A stretch of 64,000 nucleotides of DNA from an uncultured Planctomycetota bacterium (GTDB lineage: Bacteria > Planctomycetota > PLA2 > JAEUHO01). A program made the position numbers and the translations under genes. The stretch spans positions 96,001-160,000 of the forward strand of contig CAVVXN010000003.1 of assembly GCA_963752285.1 (NCBI GenBank), given 5' to 3'. The notes beneath the pieces were generated by a model, which saw only the letters and a list, made by a program, of their open reading frames with translations, made no database searches and was not told where the DNA came from. The stretch's first letter is position 1; every line of letters starts with the position of its first letter. Of this stretch, positions 9,208-19,077 are shown one piece after another.

Positions 9208-10386
9208 TCAGCCCGGCGGAGCGAGGAGCGTCAGCCAGGTCTCGCCGTAGCGTTCGGCGCGCTTCGGCCCGACGTCGCGACAGAGGGCGAGGTCCTCGAC
9301 GCGCGACGGCACTTCGTTCACGAGCCAGCCGAGGGCCCGGTTGGGGAGCACGACGAGGTTCGGGACCTTGCGTCGGCCCGCCTCCTCGCGACGCCACGCG
9401 CGGAGGCGCTCTTCGCGTGCGCGGACCTGCTGGCGGCGCGCCTTCTCCTCGGGGCTCGGACGTTCGCGCTCCTCCGGCGCGGGCCCGCGTCCCTCGCGCA
9501 TGTCCTCGAGGCCGGCGCGGACCGCGTCGAGCACCTCCCGGCCGAACCGCCGCCGGTGACCGGGAGAGAGCGCGCGGAGGTCGTCGACCTTTCTCGGCGG
9601 CGGCCCCCCGTGCTGGGCGATCTCGACCATCGCGCGCGGCGGGATCACCTTGAAGGGAGGGCGGTCGAGGCGTGCGGCCTCCGCGTCGCGCCAGCACCAG
9701 AGGCGCGCGAGCACCGCGCGACCGCTCGCGTCGAGTCGGTTCGCCCCCTTGAGGCCGCGCCACCCCTCCGGGTCGAAGACGACGGGCGTGCCGCGGCGCT
9801 CCGCGAGGCGCTCGAACTCGATCTCCGCCTCCTCGCAGAGGTCCGCCTCCTCGAGGCGCGCACGGAGCCGCTCGTACAGGCCGGGGAGGTAGAGCGTGTC
9901 GTGATGAAGGTACTCGATCTGCTCCGGCGAGAGGGGCCGCCGGCCCCAATCGGCCGTCTGGAAGCGCTTGTCGAGCTCCACGCCGTACGCCTCGCGGACG
10001 AGGTCCGCGAGCCCGACCTTCGGCTCGCCCAGGATCGTGGCGGCGATCATGGTGTCGAATACGTGCCGGAACTCGACGCCGTGCTCGCGGGAGAGCAGGG
10101 CGATGTCGAAGTCGCCCCCGTGGAAGACGCACACGTTGTGGTCGCGGGTGGTCACCCCCGCCACGGGTTCGAGGCTTCGGACCGCGAACAGGTCCACGAT
10201 CGTGCTCTCCCCGTCCGCGGTGATCTGGAGGACGCACGCGCGTTCGCGGTACACGTAGAGCGAGTTCGCCTCCGTGTCGAGGGCGATCACCCGCGCGCGG
10301 GCGAGGCGATCACCGACCCGCGCGAGGTCCTCGTCCGTCTCGACCAGACGCGGCGGTGCTTCGGGAGGCTCCGGCAGGGGCGGCAC
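9208..10386 (-). CDS. rnd: Ribonuclease D family 3'-5' exonuclease with HRDC domains
   Basis: IALDTEANS, FHGGDFDI, FDTMIAA, QTADWGRRPLS..QIEY..HD, WRDAEAARLDRPPFKVI and a second HRDC at the C-terminus. GTG start chosen from a TATGCT hexamer 6 nt upstream. Confidence 0.9.
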   Translation of the reverse strand: MPPLPEPPEAPPRLVETDEDLARVGDRLARARVIALDTEANSLYVYRERACVLQITADGESTIVDLFAVRSLEPVAGVTTRDHNVCVFHGGDFDIALLSREHGVEFRHVFDTMIAATILGEPKVGLADLVREAYGVELDKRFQTADWGRRPLSPEQIEYLHHDTLYLPGLYERLRARLEEADLCEEAEIEFERLAERRGTPVVFDPEGWRGLKGANRLDASGRAVLARLWCWRDAEAARLDRPPFKVIPPRAMVEIAQHGGPPPRKVDDLRALSPGHRRRFGREVLDAVRAGLEDMREGRGPAPEERERPSPEEKARRQQVRAREERLRAWRREEAGRRKVPNLVVLPNRALGWLVNEVPSRVEDLALCRDVGPKRAERYGETWLTLLAPPG

Positions 10387-10469
10387 CCGCGGAGCATACT
10401 CCGCGCGCGCGGCTGCCCCGCCCCGTTCGCGCGGTGCGCGGTCCACGCGGCTTCGCGGCTCGGGTTTCC

Positions 10470-11129
10470 CTACCCCGCTCGGCCCGCGCGCTTCGCCTCG
10501 ACCTTCGCCTCGACCTTCGCCCATCGGGCGCCGGGGTCGCCCGCGATCGCGAGGTCCGCCGGCGTGTCCACGTCGAAGCACACGTCCGGCTCGTGGACCG
10601 CGATGCGCGCGGTCTCCTTCGTGTGTCGGAGCAGGACCTCGCGCGCCCCCTGGACGTCGCCGTGGAGGTAGAAGTCGTCGGCGAGCCGCGCCGCGTAGAG
10701 GCCCGGATGTCCGCCGAGGCCCTTGTACGTCGGGTACGCGATCGCGCAGGACCGCGCGAGGAACGCCGCGACGAGGCGGTCCACGATCTCGGGCGGGACG
10801 AAGGGGACGTCGCCGGGGTGGAGCAGGAAGTCGCGCCCCTGGGCCCACGTCGACCTGAGTCCCACGCGGATCGAGGTGATCATGCCGCCCTCGGGGCTCT
10901 GGTTCTCGACGAGGTGGACGTGCGTGCTCCGGAGCCAGGAGAAGTCCTCGGCGCGCCCCGGCGGGTGCACGATCAGGACGTCGTGCACGCGGTGCGACCT
11001 CCGGTGGGTCTCGACCACGCGCTCGACGAGCGCGATCCCGTCCACCGGCTCGAAGAGCTTGGGCCGTCCGAAACGCCGACTCTCGCCCGCGGCCAGGACG
11101 ATCGCGATCGGTTCACCGTGGAGGGCCAT
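10470..11129 (-). CDS. Nucleotidyltransferase, MocA/MobA-like (molybdenum cofactor cytidylyltransferase family)
   Basis: IVLAAGESRRFGRPKL, GMITSIRVG, GDVPFV, GHP, GDVQGAR, DVDTPADL. Confidence 0.88.
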   Translation of the reverse strand: MALHGEPIAIVLAAGESRRFGRPKLFEPVDGIALVERVVETHRRSHRVHDVLIVHPPGRAEDFSWLRSTHVHLVENQSPEGGMITSIRVGLRSTWAQGRDFLLHPGDVPFVPPEIVDRLVAAFLARSCAIAYPTYKGLGGHPGLYAARLADDFYLHGDVQGAREVLLRHTKETARIAVHEPDVCFDVDTPADLAIAGDPGARWAKVEAKVEAKRAGRAG

Positions 11130-11254
11130 TCGGACCGAGTCTACCGCCCGGGCGGTTCGGACGGTCGTCCACGCCGACGCCTCCCGGTCGGGAGGCGCCC
11201 GGGCCCGCCGGTCCGGGCCCGGGGGCGCGGCGGGGGAGGGGGTACGATTCGGCC

Positions 11255-11587
11255 ATGGCCGGCACGGTCTTCGACACGAACGCGATCCGGGGCGGCGCGC
11301 CCGACGGGCCCCGGAAGGTCAACCTCTTCGAGACGCCCCGCTGCTTCGCGGACGTCCACGTCCTCGGGCCGGGCCAGGCGGCGCGCGTGCACGCGCACGC
11401 GCGGGAGGACAAGTGCTATCACGTCCTCTCCGGAGACGTCGTGATCACCGTCGGGGACGCGGAGCACCGGGTCGGGCCCGGCCGTCTGGTGTTCTGCCCG
11501 GCCGGCGTGTCGCACGGTGCGAGGAACGAGGGGACGGAGGACGTGCGCCTCCTCGTGTTCATGGCCCCGCACCCCCGGATGGGCTGA
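11255..11587 (+). CDS. Cupin domain protein
   Basis: PGQAARVHAH..EDKCYHVLSG and PAGVSHGARN cupin motifs. Confidence 0.9.
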   Translation: MAGTVFDTNAIRGGAPDGPRKVNLFETPRCFADVHVLGPGQAARVHAHAREDKCYHVLSGDVVITVGDAEHRVGPGRLVFCPAGVSHGARNEGTEDVRLLVFMAPHPRMG

Positions 11588-11603
11588 GCGAAGGGAGTCG
11601 GAC

Positions 11604-12278
11604 ATGGCGACGCGGGTGGGGGTGATCCTGTCGGGTTGCGGGTACCTCGACGGCACCGAGGTCCACGAGAGCGTCCTGACGCTCCTCTTCCTGGACCGCG
11701 CGGGCGCCCAGGTGCGCTGCTTCGCACCGGACGCGGCGCAGCAGGCGGTCGTGGACCACCGGGACGGCGAGTCGGTGGCGGAGAGCCGGAACGTCCTGGT
11801 CGAGTCCGCGCGCATCGCGCGCGGCGAGGTCGAGCCGCTCTCCCGGGCGCGCGCGGAGGACCTCGACGCCGTGATCATGCCGGGCGGCTACGGGGCCGCG
11901 CAGAACCTCTCCGACTTCGCGCTCCGCGGCGCGCAGGCGCGCGCCGAGCCGGACCTCGCGAGGCTCCTCTCCCAAATGCACGCCGCGGGGAAGCCCATCG
12001 GCGCGATCTGCATCGCGCCGGCCGTGGTCGCGGCGGCGCTCGGCGCGTCGCATCCTACCCTCACCATCGGAAGCGACGCGGGGACCGCCGCAGCGCTGGA
12101 GGCGCTCGGCGCCCGTCACCGCGTGTGCGGCGTGGAGGGTCACGTCGTGGACGCGGAGAACCGGATCGTGTCGACGCCCGCGTACATGCTCGGGCCGGGC
12201 ATCCGGCACGTCGCCGCCGGCATCGAGCGTCTCGTCGCGGACGTGCTCGCGATGGCGAGGGCCCCCTCGGTCGCCTGA
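11604..12278 (+). CDS. elbB: ElbB / ES1-family glyoxalase (DJ-1/PfpI superfamily)
   Basis: VILSGCGYLDGTEVHE, RNVLVESARIARG, PGGYGAAQNLS, ICIAP, STPAYM. Confidence 0.95.
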   Translation: MATRVGVILSGCGYLDGTEVHESVLTLLFLDRAGAQVRCFAPDAAQQAVVDHRDGESVAESRNVLVESARIARGEVEPLSRARAEDLDAVIMPGGYGAAQNLSDFALRGAQARAEPDLARLLSQMHAAGKPIGAICIAPAVVAAALGASHPTLTIGSDAGTAAALEALGARHRVCGVEGHVVDAENRIVSTPAYMLGPGIRHVAAGIERLVADVLAMARAPSVA

Positions 12279-12358
12279 AGCGCGGAGGCGGCGCCGATCG
12301 CCTTGGTACGATCCCCGTCCCGGTTGTCTTGCACGAAGACGGAAGACCAGGAGCCCTC

Positions 12359-13459
12359 ATGCCCGTGACCGAGTCCGCCGTCCTGGACGCGCTGCGCGCG
12401 GTGATGGATCCCGACCTGAACCGCGACATCGTGAGTCTCGGTTTCGTGAAGAACGTGCGGATCGACGGGGGCCGCGTCGCCTTCGACGTCGAGCTGACCA
12501 CGCCAGCCTGCCCCGTGAAGGACCGGCTCGAGCGGGAGGCGCGCGAGGCCGTGTCCCGTCTCGCGGGCGTCGAGTCGGTGGACGTGCGGCTCACCTCGAA
12601 CGTGCCGCGCACGGGCGGAGCGGGCATGCACGGCTCGAACCCGGTTCCCTCCGTGCGGAACGTGGTCGCCGTCGGGGCGGGGAAGGGCGGGGTCGGGAAG
12701 TCCACCGTCGCGCTGAACCTCGCGCTCGGCCTGTCGGAGAGCGGCGCGCGCGTGGGCCTCCTCGACGCGGACGTATACGGCCCGTCGATCCCCAAGATGC
12801 TCGGCCTGTCGGTGCGGGCGCGCGTGGACGCGTCCGGGCAGCGCATCCTCCCGCACGTCGCCGCGGGGCTCCGCGTCATGTCGATCGGGTTCGTGCTCGA
12901 CCCCGAGAAGCCGATGGTCGTGCGGGGGCCGATCGTGCACACGGCCATCCGGCAGTTCCTCGGGGACGTGGAGTGGGGCGAGCTCGACTACCTCGTGGTC
13001 GACCTTCCGCCGGGCACGGGCGACGTCGCGTTGAGCCTGGTACAGCTCGTACCCGTCACCGGCGCCGTCGTCGTCTCGACCCCGCAGGACGTCTCCCTGA
13101 TCGACGTGCAGAAGGCCGTCAACATGTTCCGCACCCTGAAGGTGCCGATCCTCGGCCTCGTCGAGAACATGTCGTTCTACGTGTGCCCGGCGTGCGGCAA
13201 CCGCGACGACATATTCGGCCACGGCGGCGCGGAGGCGTGGGCGGAGGAGCAGGGCATCCCCTTCCTCGGGGGCGTCCCGCTGCACGCCCGCGTGCGCGAG
13301 GGCGGCGACGCGGGGCGTCCGGCCGTCCTCGACGACGCGGCGCCGGCCCCGGTGCGCGAGGCCTTCCGGGAGGCGGCCCGACGACTGGCCCAACAGGTGA
13401 GCGTCCACGTCCTGTCGAAGCCCGGCGTGCCCCTGGTCCAGATCGAGGGCCTCTCCTGA
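12359..13459 (+). CDS. apbC: Mrp/NBP35 (ApbC) Fe-S cluster carrier ATPase with N-terminal DUF59
   Basis: VMDPDLNRDIVSLGFV, LTTPACP, GKGGVGKST, DADVYGPS, DLPPGTGD, STPQ, ENMS..CPACG. Confidence 0.95.
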   Translation: MPVTESAVLDALRAVMDPDLNRDIVSLGFVKNVRIDGGRVAFDVELTTPACPVKDRLEREAREAVSRLAGVESVDVRLTSNVPRTGGAGMHGSNPVPSVRNVVAVGAGKGGVGKSTVALNLALGLSESGARVGLLDADVYGPSIPKMLGLSVRARVDASGQRILPHVAAGLRVMSIGFVLDPEKPMVVRGPIVHTAIRQFLGDVEWGELDYLVVDLPPGTGDVALSLVQLVPVTGAVVVSTPQDVSLIDVQKAVNMFRTLKVPILGLVENMSFYVCPACGNRDDIFGHGGAEAWAEEQGIPFLGGVPLHARVREGGDAGRPAVLDDAAPAPVREAFREAARRLAQQVSVHVLSKPGVPLVQIEGLS

Positions 13460-14367
13460 ACGACGCCTGGATCCCGCGACTACGGTGCCCCAGGAGCCGG
13501 GCGCCCTACGACCTCGACCTCTCGCGCCGGCAGGATCACGACGTCGTCGAGGGGTTCCTCGTGGCGCGGTCCACGCACGACGTGCGGCCGATCGTCGCCG
13601 GCATCGCCGTGCTCGTGCACGACCTCGCACGGCACTTGAAGGCGCACGGAAACGTGTACCGGCGCGTGCCCATGGTCGACTCCCGGGTCGTCCGGCTCGT
13701 CCTCGGCCGGTCGGGGCGCGGATCCGACGACTTCGTGCCCTTCGACGAGGTCGTTCGCCACTACGGCGACCTCGCCGCGACCGACGCCGACGCCCCGCGC
13801 GGGCCGGCGCCCGAGGACGAGGCCCTCCTCCGCCTGCTCGCCGAGCACGCGCCCCGGGGCGGCATCGGCCTCGACGTCGGCTGCGGGGTCGGTCGGAGCA
13901 CGTTCTCGCTCCGCGCCTTCCTCGACGAGGCGCTCGGAGTGGACCGGAGCGCCGCCCGGGTGCGCCGCGCGCGGAACCTCGCGACCACGCGCGCCGACTT
14001 CTTCGTCCCGGTCGTTCCCTCCCCGACCGAGGCCGCCGGCTCCCCCCGGCGCGCCGCGGGGAAGGACGAGCGGCTGGACCTCGAACGCCTCGTGCGCGAC
14101 CGCGTGGACTTCGCGGTGGCGGACGCGTTCGCGCTGCCCCTGGCCGACGGCGCGATCGACGTCGTCGTGCTGCGGCGCGGCGACGGCCGCGGACCGTGGC
14201 CCGACGCCTCGGCGGCCCTCGCGGAGGCCCGTCGCGTGCTCGCTCCCGGCGGCCTCCTCGCCCTCGAAGCCGAGGCGCGGGAGGGCGGGGACCCGTTCGG
14301 CGCGCTCGGCTCGGCCGGCGCGCTCGCGACGGACGCGCCCTGGGTGTTGTACCGTCACGGGTCATGA
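13456..14367 (+). CDS. SAM-dependent methyltransferase with Trm112-like N-terminus (apparent CTG start)
   Basis: LRCP...EGFL....RPIVAGIAVL N-terminus, LDVGCGVGR motif I, GVDRS, ADAFALPLADG, RRVLAPGG. The only plausible start is CTG overlapping the apbC TGA. Confidence 0.75.
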   Translation: MNDAWIPRLRCPRSRAPYDLDLSRRQDHDVVEGFLVARSTHDVRPIVAGIAVLVHDLARHLKAHGNVYRRVPMVDSRVVRLVLGRSGRGSDDFVPFDEVVRHYGDLAATDADAPRGPAPEDEALLRLLAEHAPRGGIGLDVGCGVGRSTFSLRAFLDEALGVDRSAARVRRARNLATTRADFFVPVVPSPTEAAGSPRRAAGKDERLDLERLVRDRVDFAVADAFALPLADGAIDVVVLRRGDGRGPWPDASAALAEARRVLAPGGLLALEAEAREGGDPFGALGSAGALATDAPWVLYRHGS

Positions 14368-14969
14368 CCACGGACCCTTCGAGTCCTCCGCCGACCTGGG
14401 TGCGCCCGGCGGTGCACGCCACGACCGGCTTTCTCGCGCTCCTGCTCGCCGTGCTGCCGAGGCCCTACGCCGTCTTCGCGGCGTGCCTCGGCGTGGTCGC
14501 GGGTTGGGTCGTGATCCCCTTCACCGTCGAGACCTGGCTCCGCCGGCCGGGCGAGCGATTTCTCTGCGGGCTGCGGACGTACCCCCTGGCCGTGCTCGGC
14601 CTCGTCCTCCTCCTCCCGCCCGCCGAGGCGGCCGCCGGCTGGGGCGTGCTCGCGTTCGGGGACCCGGCCGCCGCCGTCGCGGGGCAGCGGATCCCGAGCC
14701 CCCGTCTTTTCGGACACAAGAAGGCGACGATCGCCGGGAGCCTCGCCTACCTCGTGGTCGGCGCGGTCGCCGCCTTCGCCCTCTCCGAGGCGGTCGCCTG
14801 GGCCGGCCCGCGCGTCGGCCTCGTGGCCACGGGCGCCGCACCGGGCGCGGTGCGCGCGCTCCTGGCGGCGGTCGCGGCGGTGCTCGCCGACCTGGTCCCG
14901 GTGCCCCCCGACGACAACCTGCCGGCGGCGGCCGCCGCCGGCCTCGCGCTTGCTGTCACGCGCGCATGA
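14364..14969 (+). CDS. Integral membrane protein, phytol/dolichol kinase (CTP_transf_1)-like
   Basis: RPAVHATTG, multiple TM helices, LAFGDPAAAVAG, KKATIAGSLA, DDNL. ATGA coupling. Confidence 0.75.
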   Translation: MTTDPSSPPPTWVRPAVHATTGFLALLLAVLPRPYAVFAACLGVVAGWVVIPFTVETWLRRPGERFLCGLRTYPLAVLGLVLLLPPAEAAAGWGVLAFGDPAAAVAGQRIPSPRLFGHKKATIAGSLAYLVVGAVAAFALSEAVAWAGPRVGLVATGAAPGAVRALLAAVAAVLADLVPVPPDDNLPAAAAAGLALAVTRA

Positions 14970-16885
14970 CGGCGATCCCGACCTCTTTGCCCCGTCGTCT
15001 CCGTCCGCCGCGGCGGCGCGCGTTCCTCCGCGCGCTGCGCCGAGCGGTGGCGCCCTGCCTCGGCTCGGCACTCGGCGTCCTCCTCGCGCTCGGGCCGCGC
15101 GCGGTGGCGGACGACGCCGCGGCCGGGACGGTGCCCGAGGCGTCGGGGCTCGTGCTCGACGGCCGCCTCGACGAGGCCGCGTGGGGCGGGGCGCTCCGTC
15201 TCGCGGGCGCGTCGGTGGAGGTCACGCGTCCGGCGGCGTCTTTCGACGCCACCGCGCCCGACCGCGCGGAGATCCGCCCGGACGTGCGCGTCGCCGTCTC
15301 GGGCGGTCGGCTGTGGATCGGCGTCGCCCTCGACGACGACGCGGGGCGCTCGATCGGCTTCGACGCGTTGCTGGCGCCGGACGGGGCGGGCGCCGCCGAC
15401 GCGACGGCGCTGGCGTACGCGCCCGAGGACCCGGCCGCTGTGCGGTACGTCGCACGCGGGCCCCGCGGCTCCGGTCGGGGCGCCATCCGCCTCGAGGCGG
15501 CGGTCGACGTGTCCACGCCCGGACACTGGTCGGTCGAGGCTCGGGTCCCCCTCGCGGACCTGCCGCCGTTCCCGCTCCGCCTGGCGCTCGTCGTCCGTAC
15601 GCGCGAGGGCGGCGTCACCGCGTCCGTCCCCGCCGGGGCGGCCTTCGCGGGACCGGACCACTGGGCGCGGCTCGTCGGCCCGGCCGCGCCCGCGGCGCCG
15701 GTCGAGGTGGACGCCCAGACGATCGCCGCCGAGGACGCGGCGGACGTGCGCCGCCTCCGGGCCTGGCAGTCGTACCTCGCCGCCTCGGAGCGAGGCCTCG
15801 ACGCGATGGCGAAGGGCGCCGGCCTCGCGTCGCCGTGGGACACGGCCGTCTCGAAGGACGACGTGCGCCAAGCCGTCGAGCGCGCGCTCCTCGGCCCGCT
15901 CGAGGAGGCGCTCGCGGCGCGTCCCGACCTCGCCGCCGTCCACGTCCTCGAGGCCGAGACGCTGGCGGCCCTCGGCGAGCCCGACCGGGCGCGGGCGGAG
16001 CTGGACCGCGCCGAGGCCCTCGTCCCGGGCCTGAGGGAGGCGCGGTTCGTGCGCGCGATGCGGGTCGAAGGACCGGCGCTGGCCGGGGGACCGCCGGGCG
16101 GGCCCTCGGCGTGGGACGGCGCTCTGGCGCGCGCGCGGTCCGCGGTGACGGGGGCCCGTGGGCCCTACGAACGGGACGGCGCGGGCCTCGGCCTGGGCCT
16201 CCTGCTCCTCGGACACGGCGACTACCCGGAGGCCGCGGGGCGTCTCGGGCCGCTCGCGAAGCGGTTCCCCTTCGAGGGCTCCCTCGTCCTCGCCGCGGAG
16301 CGCGCGGCGCGCGCCGGCGACCTCGCGGCGGACGAGCGCCAGGCGCGCGCTCACGAGGCCGACCTCCCGCGCGTGCGCATCGTGACCGCGCGCGGCCCGA
16401 TCGAGGCGGTTCTCTACGAGGACGAGCAGCCGAACACGGTCGCGAGCTTCGTGTGGCTGGCGCGCCACCGCTTCTACGACGGACTCTCGGTCTCGGAGAC
16501 CACGCCGTTCCTCTTCGCCCTCCTCGGCGACCCGCGCACACGGGAGGGCGCTCCGGAGGGCCGCGCGCCGGGACCGGGCTACGCCGTGCCCGTCGAGGCG
16601 CCCCGGGGCGCCGGGGCGCGCGCCCATCCTCCGCTCCGCGGGAGTCTCGCGATGGTCCACGCCGGCGACCTCGGCGTCGGATCGCGCTTCGCGATCCTCG
16701 AGGGCACCGCGCTCCACCTGGACGGTCAGGTGATCGTGTTCGGACGCGTCGCCAAGGGCCAGGACGTGGCCGACGCGCTCGAGAAGGGCGACCGGGTGGA
16801 CCGCGTGGAGGTCGTGCGCGTTCGGGACGGCGTCGAGTACCGACCGCAGGCGATGGACGGTCGGCCGGCGCCCGACCCGCAGTAG
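14966..16885 (+). CDS. Exported multidomain protein: CBM9-like N-terminus, TPR-like middle, degenerate cyclophilin domain
   Basis: Signal-like segment, LVLDGRLDEAAW, TPR-like helices, then LPRVRIVTARGPI...PNTVASFVWL...FYDGL...GDP...GPGY...RGSLAM...GSRF...HLDG..IVFGRV..GQDV. Confidence 0.8.
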   Translation: MTAIPTSLPRRLRPPRRRAFLRALRRAVAPCLGSALGVLLALGPRAVADDAAAGTVPEASGLVLDGRLDEAAWGGALRLAGASVEVTRPAASFDATAPDRAEIRPDVRVAVSGGRLWIGVALDDDAGRSIGFDALLAPDGAGAADATALAYAPEDPAAVRYVARGPRGSGRGAIRLEAAVDVSTPGHWSVEARVPLADLPPFPLRLALVVRTREGGVTASVPAGAAFAGPDHWARLVGPAAPAAPVEVDAQTIAAEDAADVRRLRAWQSYLAASERGLDAMAKGAGLASPWDTAVSKDDVRQAVERALLGPLEEALAARPDLAAVHVLEAETLAALGEPDRARAELDRAEALVPGLREARFVRAMRVEGPALAGGPPGGPSAWDGALARARSAVTGARGPYERDGAGLGLGLLLLGHGDYPEAAGRLGPLAKRFPFEGSLVLAAERAARAGDLAADERQARAHEADLPRVRIVTARGPIEAVLYEDEQPNTVASFVWLARHRFYDGLSVSETTPFLFALLGDPRTREGAPEGRAPGPGYAVPVEAPRGAGARAHPPLRGSLAMVHAGDLGVGSRFAILEGTALHLDGQVIVFGRVAKGQDVADALEKGDRVDRVEVVRVRDGVEYRPQAMDGRPAPDPQ

Positions 16886-17054
16886 GCGCTCGCGCGGCGC
16901 GGCGCGTCCCTTTTCGGCCCCCCGGGGTCGTCCGATCGTAGAGTGCTCCGCCATCCGCCGGTACGAGTCCGGCGGAGCGTCGGGCCGCGTCGGCTCGGGG
17001 ACGGTACGGGAGGGTTCCGCCGCGTCGGTGGTCGTCGCGGCAGGAGGAGCGGGC

Positions 17055-18947
17055 ATGAGCTTCACCGTTCAGGACGCCGAGCGCCTGTACGGGATCGACG
17101 CCTGGGGACACGGCTACTTCCGCGTGAACCCGCAGGGGCACCTCTGCGTCCATCCCGACCGCGAGGAACGGGGCATCGACCTCCTCCACCTCGTGTCGCG
17201 CCTGAAGCGGCGCCGGGTCCGGTTCCCCGCGCTGCTGCGCTTCCCGCAGATCCTGCACGCGCGCGTGGAAGAGATCTTCGGGGCGTTCGAGCGAGCGATC
17301 GAGGAGTACGGCTACCCCCAGCCGTACCGCGGCGTCTACCCGATCAAGGTCAACCAGCAGCGCGACGTGATCGACGAGCTGACCCGCGCGGGACGCGGAC
17401 GCGGTCTCGGCCTGGAGGCGGGGAGCAAGGCCGAGCTGGCCATCGCGCTCTCCCAGCGCCTCGACCGGGACGCCCTGATCATCTGCAACGGTTACAAGGA
17501 CAAGCCGTACATCCGCCTCGCGCTCCGCGGCGTGGCGCTCGGGAAGCGGGTGTTCCTCATCGTGGAGAAGCCGCAGGAGGTCCCGCTCATCGCCGCCGTC
17601 GCCCGCGAGACGGGCATCTCTCCCCTGCTCGGGATGCGCATCCGGCTCCGGGCCCGCGGCTCGGGCAAGTGGGAGAAGTCGGGCGGGAGCGAGGCGAAGT
17701 TCGGGCTGAGCACGCAGGAGCTGCTCGACGCCGTCGCCCTGCTTCGGCGGCACGAGCTCATCGACGGTTTCCGTCTCCTCCACTTCCACGTCGGCAGTCA
17801 GATCCCCGAGATCAAGAAGATCAAGAACGCCGTGAAGGAGGGCGCGCGGATCTACGCGAAGCTCCGGGCCGACGGCTGCCCGATGGAGTTCCTGGACGTC
17901 GGTGGGGGTCTGGGCGTCGATTACGACGGGAGCGGCACGTCGTTCGAGGCCAGCATGAACTACACGGTCTCGGAGTACGCGCGCGACGTCGTCTACAACG
18001 TCCAGGCCGTCTGCGACGCCGAGGAGGTGCCGCCGCCCGTCCTGGTGAGCGAGTCCGGCCGGGCCCTCGTCGCGTACCACGCGATGGTGCTCATGGAGGT
18101 TCGCGGGCAGAACCTCAGCCTCGACGGCGAGGCGATCCTCCTGCCCGAGGACGTCCACGAGGGCGTGCGCGAGCTCCACGAGATCTACAAGGGTGTCACG
18201 AGGAAGAACCACCGCGAGTCGCTGCACGACGCCGAGGAGATGCGTGACGTCCTCCTCGGCCACTTCGACCTGGGGTACCTGTCGCTCCGGGACCGCGCGC
18301 TGACCGAGCGCCTGGTGCAGGCCATCGCGGTCCGCGCGCTGGCCTACGCGGACGGCGAGAAGTACGTGCCCGAGGAGATCGAGCTCCTCAAGAAGCGGCT
18401 GATCGCGAAGTACATCGCGAACTTCAGCGTCTTCCAGTCGATCCCCGACTCCTGGGCGCTCGACCAGCTCTTCCCCATCGTGCCCATCCACCGCCTCGGG
18501 GAGCGGCCGACGGTGCGCGCGACGCTCTGCGACGTGACCTGCGACTCGGACGGGGAGGTGGACCGATTCACCGACCTGAGGGACGTGAAGGACGCGCTCG
18601 AGCTGCACCGACTCCAGGAGGGGAAGCCGTACTACCTCGCCGTCCTGCTCGTGGGCGCGTACCAGGACGTGCTCGGCGACTACCACAACCTCTTCGGCCG
18701 CGCGGACGAGGCCATGGTGACGCTCGGCAAGGGCGGCGCACGCGTGAACCGCGTCATGCCCGGCGACGATTCCGACGACGTGCTGAAGCTCTTTCGGCAC
18801 GACCCCGAGGGGATGGTGTCCTCGATCCACGAGCAGGCGCGAACGGAGATCCGCGAACGCCGCCTCACCCGCGCCGAGGCGAACGAGATCCTCGCCGAGT
18901 ACCGCGAGGCCCTCGAAGGCTACACCTACCTCGACTTCTCCGAATAG
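17055..18947 (+). CDS. speA: Biosynthetic arginine decarboxylase
   Basis: YGIDAWG.GYF, YPIKVNQ (PLP Lys), GLEAGSKAEL, HFHVGSQI, LDVGGGLGVDYDG, NFSVFQSIPDSW, TCDSDG, GAYQDVLGDYHNLFG. Confidence 0.97.
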   Translation: MSFTVQDAERLYGIDAWGHGYFRVNPQGHLCVHPDREERGIDLLHLVSRLKRRRVRFPALLRFPQILHARVEEIFGAFERAIEEYGYPQPYRGVYPIKVNQQRDVIDELTRAGRGRGLGLEAGSKAELAIALSQRLDRDALIICNGYKDKPYIRLALRGVALGKRVFLIVEKPQEVPLIAAVARETGISPLLGMRIRLRARGSGKWEKSGGSEAKFGLSTQELLDAVALLRRHELIDGFRLLHFHVGSQIPEIKKIKNAVKEGARIYAKLRADGCPMEFLDVGGGLGVDYDGSGTSFEASMNYTVSEYARDVVYNVQAVCDAEEVPPPVLVSESGRALVAYHAMVLMEVRGQNLSLDGEAILLPEDVHEGVRELHEIYKGVTRKNHRESLHDAEEMRDVLLGHFDLGYLSLRDRALTERLVQAIAVRALAYADGEKYVPEEIELLKKRLIAKYIANFSVFQSIPDSWALDQLFPIVPIHRLGERPTVRATLCDVTCDSDGEVDRFTDLRDVKDALELHRLQEGKPYYLAVLLVGAYQDVLGDYHNLFGRADEAMVTLGKGGARVNRVMPGDDSDDVLKLFRHDPEGMVSSIHEQARTEIRERRLTRAEANEILAEYREALEGYTYLDFSE

Positions 18948-18951
18948 GCGC

Positions 18952-19053
18952 TCGGCGCTCTGAGAGGCCAGTTCGCGGCCCTTCCTCCTCCTTGCGTGCA
19001 TTCGCACGCGGCGTCGTCGTCATGGCCACTCCTTTGGCCTCTCAGAGCGCCGA
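18952..19053. repeat. Structured dispersed repeat ('leader'), copy 1 of 4
   Basis: Perfect 19-bp stem TCGGCGCTCTGAGAGGCCA / TGGCCTCTCAGAGCGCCGA enclosing the 64-nt core GTTCGCGGCCCTTCCTCCTCCTTGCGTGCATTCGCACGCGGCGTCGTCGTCATGGCCACTCCTT. Confidence 0.92.
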
Positions 19054-19077
19054 TCGCGTGCGGGCGTGTTGGCGTGC

